In this document: positions 52,382-64,000 of the stretch, in pieces
Position numbering within the stretch: position 1 is the stretch's first letter
Layout: each line of letters starts with the position of its first letter
Source of the DNA: Lingula anatina
Taxonomy: Eukaryota > Animalia > Brachiopoda
Direction of reading: 5' to 3'
Assembly (NCBI GenBank): GCA_051362555.1
Contig: CM120641.1
Span: 21,762,001-21,826,000 of the forward strand
Length of the DNA: 64,000 bases
The notes under the pieces: model-generated
What the model was told of the DNA's origin: nothing
The model's database searches: none
The model's input: only the letters and a program-made list of their open reading frames with translations
Made by a program: the position numbers and the translations under genes

Positions 52382-55319
52382 CTACAGAGAGTAGAAAAAG
52401 AAAGTTTGTGGCAAAACTTTATAAAAAACATGATAAAAAATTTCATCATAGTAAAGGCAGCTTAATAGATAAATTACTCAAAACTTTGTTTCAATATCAG
52501 GGTTAACCCTTTCTAAAAACAATGAATCCCTCCATTCATCCATCTCAGGTTTTTAGGAGCAAGCTGCAGTAATTTTTCCCAACATCATTTTCTTAGCTAC
52601 TTTTCCTTCTACATGCACTCTCTCTCTCTCACATACATACTTCATTATTCTCTCTCTTCCTAATGCAGAACAGTATAATTCAGATAATGCCATAGAGATT
52701 CATCAAACTCTGTTAGGTAGGTCTCAAATGTTGCAGTACTTCAATTAGCCAATTAGCTCTGCAACCTTTGATAACTCTAACAAGCTGTCCATCTTATCAC
52801 CATTTATACTGGATTATACAGATTAACTATCATTCTGCCATTATTTATAGTGATCCTAGGTGCTTGCAACAGCTAAATCAGTATAGGTTTATGTACACAC
52901 AATGAAGCTACAGTTAACAACATTTTTTATAAAAATAAGCAATAATTTTTCAAATAAATATAACTAAAAATTCAAGGTAAGGAATAAATCCTTTGATAAA
53001 ATATGATCATTACTTCCCACTTATCGAAAGGTATACAAACTACATGTACAACTGATACTGTATCAATAACATTTTACTCTAAATAACTGCACAGTGGTCT
53101 CAAGTCTTAAGATACTGATTCCTACACAATGAAAAGGAGTTAGAAATCTCTGTACATAAAAACAAAAATTAAGGATATGCTTTTGCCCACGTAACATCTT
53201 AAGTGTTCATTTACAAATGTCATAGGGAAGCTTTAGGGAAGACATCAGAAAAAGTAAATGCAGAAAAATTCATCTACACTTTGAATGACAAGCCTTCTTT
53301 AATTTGACTGTCCGTCAGCATAAGCAATTAGTTTTTGATCTTCACTTATCAGCTTTCACATTAATTCCTAGATTTAGATAAGCTCAGGCTTTATTCACGA
53401 CTCTCCCCTCCAGGACCAGGACTCCTGATCGGTCAAGTTACTGTGCTCAATGTCATCTAGATCTAGGACCCAAAATATTTATCTTCTATCCTAGTCTAGA
53501 TGAAGTCTAAATTTGAAACTACTGTAAATTCATCACTGTCTCTGTTATTGATGAGCATATATTAATCAACTGCACTCAAAATCATCAGCGTTTAAATAAT
53601 TGAAGCACAATCGAATATATCTTCTGGTTTTAGAGCAATCACATTGGATGTTAGTATCAAGTTTTCACTGATATACGTAAATCAATCTGGCAACTTGCCG
53701 ATAACATGGATGGTCTGAATGTATAGTCATCATGAGAACAGTGCTATTATATGGATATCAATGCCTGGAATTTCATGAAGTTCGTCATTATTATAACTTT
53801 CATTTGAAACCTGTAAATAAAAGTAACTCTTTGTCACATGTATATCTAGACAAGTAAAGAAGTGCCCTATTGAAATTTAAGTACAGAAATTTAAGGACGT
53901 AGTAAGGAGGAAAAGATGAATATTACTGATAGTAAAGCATTAATTTCAGCCTATAAATAATTGTTGTTCAACTTAAGTCAAGGTTATTCTTGCCAATTAG
54001 GACTTATTTATCAGATGGCAGTCTTCTGAGCATTGCTATTTAAGGTTTTAACAACATCCAAGAGACTTTTTAATGAAGTGTATTTTGCAGGATATTTAAA
54101 AAAAAAAAAAAAAAAAAAAAACTATACACATCCATCATATGCTATCCTTATTAAGACATAAGAGGATTGTGATAAAAACAATCTTAAACAATAACAGAGG
54201 AGACCTTTTCGGTGAATGTGACCTTTTGAGTGTTATTACCAACCAAGTCCAGTTTTTCCTTATTTGACAGACTTTATACCACAGGGACTGCTTTTATCGG
54301 CTCAACTTTTTGACTCTTTTTCTTTGAGTTTTGCACCACTAGGTTATCTAAAAACTACTGAATTGAATTCAGTCTTGAGCCTCTACCAGTCTATAGGTTT
54401 TTGATAGATTAATTACTTGCAGGTATGTAAATAGGAGATAAAGGTCATTTAAATGTGTTTAAATATGTCTCAAAAGCTGTCAATTCATGTTATCAGATTT
54501 TTAAAAATCTCTATTATGCAGTATTAAATAGAATAGTTGCTACTTAATCAACCTTAGCAGAATACTGTATATAATCAGGTTATTTAGTTCAACTGCACTG
54601 TACTGTACTGTACAGTGAACAAACCTTAAAAACAATGACATTGTCGTCCTTCAAAACAAATTTAAATAACAAGTTGAAATGAAGGGCTTAAAAACTAACA
54701 CGCAGTATAAAAAAGTAGAACATATATTACACTGTTATATAATACTATGTAAAAAAAGCTAGCTGATATATCAGTCCTTCTCTTTGCTATATATTTTTCA
54801 ATAATTAAGTCTGAATATCATTGGGAAACCACACAACCCAGTCAGGAAATTCTTGACTATGATACTGTTCCACACCATGTCTGTATTACAATGATAATGG
54901 CATTAAAGCAGAACAAGGTTGCAGTCTCAGAAACAATTCCAAAACCTTAAAAAGTTGTGAAGTTGGAATTATGCCAGGTATTCAACTTCCTTAAAAATTA
55001 TTGCTTACCTTTGGAAAGTCATCAGATGTCATTTTGCCAAATTACGTGCAATATCATACTGATTTATTCTTCTCTGCTTTAATAATTTGTTTACATATAT
55101 TCAGTCAATGTACAATTCTTTTTTTTTAATTCGCTTCTTGAAAATTTGTATCTCCCAAATACATATACCCCACTGCCTTTGGAAATAAACAGCTTACCAG
55201 TAAGGCATAATCCTCAAGTTCTCAAAAATCCTCCTAGAGACCACCTTCTGTAGCTGTCTGTGCAGTGTCTCGGCAAAATATGGAACCTAGAGGCTCTGTG
55301 ACACGCTTTTATATATCTC

Positions 55320-55590
55320 TGCTAGAAATGAAACCAGTCTCTGTAGTTGGCTGTGCAGCCTGTCATTTAGAAATGAAACCAGTCTCTATAGCTGAGCTGC
55401 TTGTGCAAGTGTGTCAGCTAAAAATGAAACCACTCTCTGTAGTTGGCTGTGCTGTGTGTCAGCTACATATGAAACCAGTTTCTGTAGCTGGCTCTTACTC
55501 TCAGAGTATGTGTTTCTGCTAGGAATGAAACCAGTCTCTGTAGCTGCCTGTGCAGAGCCAAACCTTAAAATGAAACCACTCTCTGTCATG
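55320..55590. repeat. Minisatellite, about six copies of a 48-55 bp unit
   Basis: Unit begins aaatgaaaccagtctctgtag(t/c)tggctgtgc. Confidence 0.9.
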
Positions 55591-56990
55591 CACAGTGTAG
55601 GCTTGCAGTGTCTCAATGGAATTCTGGGTGCCAGTGGAAGCACTTGTTAGTTTCCAATGCTGCCAGAGAATAGTTATTCCTCCTAGGAGGTAGTGGGAGC
55701 ACTTAGGTACTATGTTAATTATTCTGTGATATTTCCCTGTGAAGGTCACTCAAAGTGCAACTGTTTGAAAGAAGCTCAGAACTTGGCTGCTCATTACCAG
55801 CAGAAGAATGCTTTTTCAAATCCCCATATCGCATGTATGCACACAGAGATTAACAAGCTATCATCAGGCAAGGCTTGGCAGATCTATAATGGAGGATATC
55901 ATTGGGATGCACAACTTGTCAATATACATGATGATACCTTTCTCTGCTTACAGCCAATTTATGACTAGTTTTTAAGGGTTCAAAGTATCATCATCCTAAT
56001 GCAAGCAATCTGGGTAATTTGAAATATATCAATAAAACTTGGGTATGTAACATGGTGCCAGATATGTTGTGGAAGACATTAATTGTAAGTCCCATGTCAA
56101 TAACTCATGAATTTCTATCAACCATGCCATTCTGATATAATCCCAACAGTGCACTGAAACCAAGTATGCAAATCTTTCATCCTCCTGATTTAAGAAAAAT
56201 ACCAAAAAGTTCATTTATTCCACATTGTGTACAGACTGGATTTAAGAAACACATGATCTTTTAAACTCAATTAATCAAATCCCAGCAGAAAAAATCAAAC
56301 CATTTCCCCAAAGAAAATCTATATAACAACCAACTAATCCACTCATAATAGAAGGCTAAAAATGGCTTATCCCTCAAAATACTTTGGGGAAATATAAGAG
56401 AAGGGCAAAGGAAAACTTGGCCAGTAGCAGGCAGTTTGCCTCTATTTGCCCTGTGATTGATGAGAATTAATCAAAATTAATTTGAGATTCACCAGTAAAT
56501 CAATTGCTTCTACAGGCTGGCACATCAAAGGAGCTGTATTGGCCTTGATAGGGTTGTGGTCATCCTTTCTATACTCTGCTCTGTGCCATTAGTTTTATTG
56601 CACAGTGCTAGTTTCTGGTTTGCAGACCTTTCCAACACCTCTCCATTAAACAGAACCAAAGAAAAACGGTCCAACAAATGAGCAATCTTCCTTAGCTCTA
56701 TAAATATGCAATTTATTTTTTTTATATTTAAACAAACTAGTGTTAAAAGAAAACACGAATGCCAAGATTTATACCTTGGTATTCTGCTTGATATTTTAAA
56801 TGTGACATTTGTTGACATCTTGTTAATCACTGATGTGATATAGCTCCCTAGGCTTGGTTCATACTACATGCATGCACACATACACTTCTGTACACAAACA
56901 AACACCAACAATGCATTAATTGCCACTTTAAAATGTTGCCAGCAAGTGTGGCTATATTAGATGCTGTCCTGTGCAAATGGTTTACAAAGG

Positions 56991-57158
56991 CAGGCCCGTA
57001 GCCAGGAGGGGTTCGGGAGGTTCGAAAGAACCGCCCCTTTTGCTGGGAAAAGGTCCACTCTGTGTAAAATTTGATCTAGGTTCATGAAGTTTTTATGGGA
57101 AAAGGTCCGCTTTTTGAAAAAAAGAACCCCCGTTTTGAAATTGCTGGCTACGGGCCTG
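56991..57158. mobile_element. hAT-like MITE with perfect 15-bp TIRs and 5-bp TSD AAAGG
   Basis: aaagg|CAGGCCCGTAGCCAG ... CTGGCTACGGGCCTG|aaagg. Confidence 0.85.
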
Positions 57159-57169
57159 AAAGGCTACAG

Positions 57170-57328
57170 TCAGAACAGCAGACTAACTAGTCTGCGGGCC
57201 AAATGTGGCAACCGACTAAAAAGCTTGCCGCATAATCCCCTAATAGACACTGATTAGATTCCCCGTTGGAAAATATTCAAGTGAGTGGGCCATATCTGAC
57301 CTGTGGACTAGTTAGTCTGCTATTCTGA
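57170..57328. mobile_element. MITE-like foldback element adjacent to the hAT-like MITE
   Basis: tcagaacagcagactaactagtc ... gactagttagtctgctattctga: 23-bp inverted arms with 1 mismatch. Confidence 0.7.
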
Positions 57329-60300
57329 ATACAGCCATAGTTGTCAACACATCTCTGTCTGTCTGCAGATCTTTTGCCATAATTCTTGGAAATGGTTTGA
57401 ATTCTCTTCACAGAAAATTTCATGTTACCTTCCAAAACAGGTCCCCAACCAACTTGTTTTTCTAATTGCTTATATTTGCCCTGCCATATAGCTCTTTTAT
57501 CACTATGACATATTTCAAAGGCATTCTCAATTCCCCTCAATAAAAGACCAACAAATGATGTAACTGCAACAGAAGCCACTAAAACCATAACAAGTCAAGA
57601 AAACTGTGTTGCTTAGCAACAGACAACTGGAAAGAAAGTGTGACAAAAGAATGAAGACATAATAGCATGTTAACCACTCTGGCCTGCCTATACACGGGTA
57701 TAACATTTCTCCACACAACCAAATAATATTCTGCACAACAACATAGATTTATTTTGCGTTTCAGCACATAAATGCAGGCTCCAGGGCTTACCCTCTCCTC
57801 TTCATAATGTAGTGAACCCTGGACTTAACTAACTTTCAAACCAAAAGAAAAGTGGTTGCTGTAAAGCAGCATTTGCATAATTCTTTAATCATCGGATTCA
57901 TTTGGATAATAAAAAACTACTCTAAGAAAACGCCCAAGGCTGATCGGTTGTGAAAGACCCAAAACCTATTTATGTGTTTGTGTGTGTGTGTGTGTGTGTG
58001 CGTGGATGCGCACCTCTGCTGAAACACAAAATAAGTTGGAATAGTTATGCAAAATATGGGTGGGTTGTGCTGATGTTGTTAGACGTAAAAAACAGCAATA
58101 AAACTGTCAAATCATGTGGAGATGGCAGTTAAGCTATGAGGTATAGTTAGTCAGGCCTGTAATTGTAATGACTGATGAACACAGTCACAAAGGTTACAAA
58201 GGGGTTATATCCTTCAGTCTGATGAGCCAAAATCTTTTTAGATCACTTGTCGTTTGAGATACCAGGGTACTAACAATCTACTGGCCAAACGTAGAAACAG
58301 TGGCCAGAGACAAAACATATTTACAAAATTTTATTGGCCCATGCAGCTACAATTCCACTGGCATTTAGTGTTCAATTGCCAGTCTTAACGTGGCAGACCA
58401 ATGACTGGTTAACCACCGAGAAGATTCTCAGCAACACCTACATTCTTGGTCTATTCTAAGAAAGAGGACACTAAGCCTCAATGAACATGAGCAGAACACT
58501 GTTTTCCTTTAAAATGTTACTGTAGATTACTATTCACTTGTAATGAAGGTAAAATCAAGGAAATTTACCAGCTTAAAAGGAAACAAAAAGACTATACAGT
58601 CTACAACAAATACCTACATTAAAAAATGAGAAAACTCTCTATGATGATGTATTTTCCATGTACACAATATGCATTTCATTTCTTTTTCAATAACTCAGTA
58701 ACTGTACTGACACATAACTGTTTTGCTTTAATATTTTTCATTTATTCTATTTATCATATTTTTTGCATAGTTTGAGTTCCCTTTATTCCTCTTAAGTTGA
58801 GTGTATTTCTCATTCAGATACTGCAACATATGACTTTCTATATATATATCTCAAACAGAAAAAAATATATTACATAAAGCCGGGTATGGAACTGGTAAAA
58901 CATGAGCTGAATTAACATATGGTCATGTAAGAATAGTTTCACATGTCATAACTAGAATCTTGAAGTGTTAACTATTGACAGCCTATCAGGCCATTAACAC
59001 ATCCTTCCCACCATATGCCACTCAGTGAGCAAGAATAGTTCAACATTATCTCAACATTTTGCTATGTATAAATCTGCTGTATAACATTTTAACATTCTTT
59101 AGTAGATAGTCAAGTACCATTACATTGACTGAAAAAAGCATGTGATTCTGTGTCGTGGCATAAACATGAAAAGTAAAGACTCTGAACATGTATGGTAATT
59201 CTCCTTGGTGAGTTATGATGGCATATATCAAGATGTGTTCTCATCACTCTAACCTTGTTCTTTTATTGTAACACCTAATTAAAAGGGGTATATTACTTAA
59301 GGAAAGATATACAAGTAATAATGTTGTTGAGATGATATCTAAATGATGTCTGAAATTGTTTACCTTAAGTATCCATCATCTTATGAGGTACATTTTTTTT
59401 TGCCAAATGCGATTTGAGCACCCTTTTTTGTCAAGTTCAGTTCTATGCTCTACCTACTTAGACTACTTCATGAGACAGACCACTCCATCTCATTTAACAT
59501 TACCTCACTGCATTGAAGCCTTAAATTGTTTAACACTGCACCATTTAAAGCTGACAAATGTACAGACCACCTATCATAGTCATATCATAGTTTTAATATT
59601 ACCTCCACCCCCCCACCACCAAAAGACTGAGTAACTTAAGCTCTGCATATGACACCATTAAGTTCGAAGGAAAAGAGATGTCCATTTTTACTCTTTGGCA
59701 AAAGGGTTATAAAATATACATTTATGAATTCCAAAATCATCAAAAACAATATTAAAGTTATCAAAAAACAATTAATTGAAGAAAAAAATCTAAGGAATAA
59801 TTCGAATTTTTGGCCTACGATTTAGAACAACCCCTGTAAGAATCCCCTCCAAAATTATCCAAACATGTTCATTTTCTAACCTGACCTGCATCTTTAAACA
59901 ATAGTGACACTGCATCCCAGTTATTGATATCAAGAAATGTGAGGAGGACCTCCCACTTCCAGTGACATAGACAGTTACAAGAGATAGTAATGAGTCATGA
60001 TGAGTACAGACATAAGTCTCGTGTCTATACACTAAAAACAGACTGACACTTCCGTCAACTTTCTAACATACAAATAACATGTTTGACTTTTCACTTCTGA
60101 GTAAAGGATAACAATAAGAGGGATTGGAAGAAGAAACTTACCTCATTTTCCACTTCTTTACTTGGCTGCTGAACTGTTCTCAAGTTTTATTTTCCTTTAG
60201 CAGATTCCTTAAATATGAATGAAGAGGATGCAAAAGAGTAGCTCTACATTTTCAGAAAACCAGCAGGATTATCAATAATATATGAACAATGTATCCATAG

Positions 60301-62185
60301 GTATTCACTGATAAGAAATTTAAGCTCTTCTAGAAAATCTACAGATAAAATTAGTATTTAAACCAATGTGGGTTTAAATCTTACTTGATATAATGCAAAG
60401 TTGTGAGATTTTGGGCCATCTTGGATGATTCCCATTCACCCAGTAAATCTCCCAATGAAGTAGAACTCCCCAACTCATTATACCTAATACTTTTGGGAAA
60501 GTTATGTCTCTGAATGTGTAATGGGAACTGAATTTTCGAGCAGTCTTTGTATCCCGGCAAAATGATGAATAGAGGTGATCAGATTTCTCACTGCCTACAG
60601 TTCATCTCCATAATTGCAGATTTAGGGCTATGTTTGGCAGGCTTAGGGATCCATGCAATGCATGAACATTACTCATATATGTAATAAAATCAATAAATGA
60701 AGACGGAGACTTCACAACATTACAAATTTGCTTTAGGACTGTTAAGTAAATTAATAATACAAATTGCTGATTTATTCCACTTCAAAGCAGCAAATAACTG
60801 AAAGGGATCACTACTTACCATTGATGTAGGTGATAGGGTGGAGTTAAAGAGAACACGCTCACGAGTTGTGAATAAATATCTACACTGAACTGCTGGCAGA
60901 AACACGACATTAATATACCAATATATTACTAGATTCAATCAACCTGCAATGTGCTGTTATCAAAATAGTTCCTCACTTAAGATGCTCGTTATTAAATCAT
61001 TCGATATAGAAACTCAAATGAAAACTGCATTTCCTCTTTGCTCTTTTTGTAAAACTGCCAATATGTTACTGAACCATGTTTGGGATTAAACTCGTACAGA
61101 AGGTAATCAGCTCAGAGCACACTAACACAGACGTCAACATGCATGTACATTTGTGCTCTCATGCACGCACACACATAAACACACAAACATTATCATATTT
61201 ACCTGTCATGTTTATTCAGTCTGGCCTCACTTTTGGCACCATATCCTGTCAAACCATATCCTGAAAGAAGCCATTTATTTTTAAACCATTAGTATGTATG
61301 AACATCACTGAATCTTGACTTCCCTCTCCCTTGCTTTTCAATTTTTTTTTAATTTCAAAAAAAAAAAAAAAAAAAAAAAAACAGTTATCATTGGCTGAGG
61401 TTGACGACTAGGCACAGTCGAGTATGACATCACTTTTCTGCAAAACAACAAATATATAGACCGAAAGCTAAATTTAATAATTGTTTAATGTATGATTTAC
61501 ATCTGAATGTAGATGTCCTTCAAAATTACATGACTTGCTGCAAATCTACTGTCATACAAAGTTTCCCTTTTTCAGATTGGTCAAACAACCAGCGGCAATG
61601 TCAACAGTCATCATTATGTTTGGTGATGACATCATAGGTCAATATTGAGTTTTATACATATCAGATGCCAAATTCAGGAATACAATTTATGTTAATCATA
61701 AAACAATTTCTTTTATTGTCTAAAGATTTACCAGTATCAGTAAGCACATCCAACTTCCACAATGAATACCACAAACCAAATATCCAGAAAAAGAAATATT
61801 CTTGGAAATATTCATGCATAAGCCCTTATCATTGGTATAGGATAAATCAGGAATTTAGTTTCTTTTTGTGACAGACAAAATAGATGACAAACATTAAAAC
61901 AAATGATATCATTTTAAAATTTCTGCAATTAAGTAATCAACTAGCTGATACCAGTCTCATCAATCATTGAACCATAATAAGAGGTTAGTATACACAATTT
62001 GTAGAATCTCTTTATACACTATTTTCTGTGTGAAAGTCTCATTTCCACACTTGCCCTGAGCCAAAGGTTTTGTGACTTTAACAAAAAGAATTATCAACAA
62101 TCATTGTATATTAATATAGATTTATAATAATAATGAAAAACAAAAGTAAAAAATGGGACTTAGTGGAAATCAAACTCTTCTGCTA

Positions 62186-62365
62186 CCCTCTTAGTCTACT
62201 AGGGCGACTGATACATTTTTTACAGATATTCACAGATATGTCTCTAGATAGATAGATGGTCATTTGGTTCTAAGTGACTTAGAACCAAAATGACCACCTA
62301 TCTATCTATCTAGAAACATATCTGTGAATATCTGTAAAATATCTATCAGTCCCCCTGGTAGAGGG
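62186..62365. mobile_element. Near-perfect foldback MITE of about 180 bp flanked by TA
   Basis: TA|ccctc..ctactagggcgactgata...tacagatattcacagatatg...ggttctaagtgacttagaacc...catatctgtgaatatctgta...tatcagtccccctggtagaggg|TA. Confidence 0.85.
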
Positions 62366-64000
62366 TACTTTTCTGCTGTGTTTGGCAACCAAGGACGGTA
62401 CCATTGGGCCACCAAACCATGCTATCTGATGTAATGTTATTGACAGTATATAATACCTGTCACACATGCTGAAGCTTTATAGAAATTCACGAAGGCTAGA
62501 AAATGCCTTCAAAATATACTTTTAACAGTTATTATCAAATTCAAACTATGGCCACTATCTTCCCACTGCTGTAAGGTATTGCTAACACCTGTCAGTTGTG
62601 AACAAATCATTGAAGTTTGGTAGAAAAACGTGAAAAGGAGACTTCGGCTGACCTGCTATTATAATATAGATCATTATATGATAATAGTACCCAGATACAT
62701 TGCATAACTTGATTCACAGCAATCTATTTCAGCAATAATTTAAACTACTCATCTTTTACACACCATCTCTCATGTCACAAAGATAACTTTGACTATAATA
62801 TAGCAGTTGTTGCTGTAAGCCACCAAATATCATGTACTTTTCTTTGTTATGGAGCTCAGAGCTGCTTTTCCTTTCAAAAAAAGTTACTGAGATCATAGCG
62901 TATAATAGTTAACATATCTTATTAATATTTCCTTATTTATCTTGAGTGGTAAGCTGTTGTGCAATCAGGTGCAATAACTACACCTAATGGATAAACTTTA
63001 ATTCAGGTACTCAAAAACAACTTACAACCCAGGTAGATATATCTATTTAATATCCATAATATAATGTACAAGTGTATTGGCACAGCCTTTGCGTCAAAAC
63101 AGACTGGGTGTGATGGCACCTGTCGGGCTTTCATACACTCACGCCTCAATACAAGCTAGAGGTTAAAAACCTTAAATTACCAGGAAAGCATTCAGCACCA
63201 ACTCTGAGGTGGAAAATGTGAAATCCAACCTGAATTGTACTCCATAAGCCTAGGTCTTTAACCTTTTAAGCATTTCTCCCTCACCTTCATGTACCTCTGC
63301 AATAGCTGGTAAGTTGCATGGCATATGGGAGATAAGGTGCTCCTGTGATCTCCAAGAAGATTTATGAGTATTCATTTTGGGTGAACATTACTGCCGACCG
63401 TGACAAAATGTGCCACTAATTATATAAACCCAAACATTATAACCACTAATTACAGTCTATCATAATTATAATTGTGATGTAAAATGTTCTTAATAATGAT
63501 TTACTACAGTAATACAGCTCATAATAAACTGAATGTTCCTTTAAGCTCATATTTGGAGGACATAAGCTTTCAAGCTTACGTAAAAAAAACTCTGTTTTAG
63601 AGATAATATTGGCATCAGCGTGGCTTTTGGCAAATTACTATTAGCCAATCATTGCTAAAACATAAGAAAAATCACTTATGCTCACAAGCAATAGAAAAAA
63701 ATTGTTAAGTATAATTATATGCTACATTACTGAACCTGCAAGCTACATATAGAATCATATTCACTAAAAGGTCTTTTTTAACAGGAAAGTAAAGACCAAA
63801 GAACCTAAAAATCTATAAATAGTAACTTTATCTTGAAATTTCTAAAACATTATTTTCTTTTACTAGTACCTCAATAGTATATCAATATTTTTAATCGTGA
63901 ATATTGTTATGTGGCTGTAACATATTTCTCAAATTTCTGTACAGCTTACCAGTTATTATTATTATGAATATACCAGTGATAGGCCGAGGCAGAGCCTGGT

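Noticed and set aside
53700-53812. Strong minus-strand acceptor (ttatttacag) as a possible dispatched exon
   Set aside because: The frames I read hit stops before a suitable phase-2 donor.
55265-55650. Cys-rich repetitive ORFs (MKPVSVVGCAAC...)
   Set aside because: Products of a minisatellite with frame-shifting unit lengths. It is not a CRISPR array either: the repeats are degenerate, the spacers resemble one another, there are no cas genes, and the context is eukaryotic.
57277-57767. Cluster of minus-strand ORFs of 62-103 aa
   Set aside because: No recognisable domain or consistent splice structure; partly overlaps a MITE.

Overview
AT-rich, intron-containing animal genomic DNA; an invertebrate, probably lophotrochozoan, source is my inference. 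Hand-splicing gives four protein-coding genes with phase-consistent GT-AG exons. (1) The 5' part of a long-chain acyl-CoA synthetase (ACSL1/5/6 clade, minus strand, runs off the left edge); its 12 kb intron holds candidate alternative N-terminal exons and a head-to-tail Helentron/HINE-type array. (2) A complete 19-exon classical calpain (minus, about 757 aa) with a U12-type intron, atypical active-site motifs and a Thr-rich linker. (3) A 17-exon, about 683 aa repeat protein resembling SAXO/TEX45-type microtubule inner proteins (plus), head-to-head with the calpain across an RFX/NF-Y-like promoter; it hosts a decayed SAP+SWIM transposon gene in one intron. (4) Dispatched (minus), whose first coding exon is unresolved. 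There are also several MITEs with visible TIRs/TSDs, tandem repeats and sharp CpG-rich/CpG-poor domains. No rRNA, tRNA or CRISPR was seen. No database searches were run, so all family calls rest on motif recognition.
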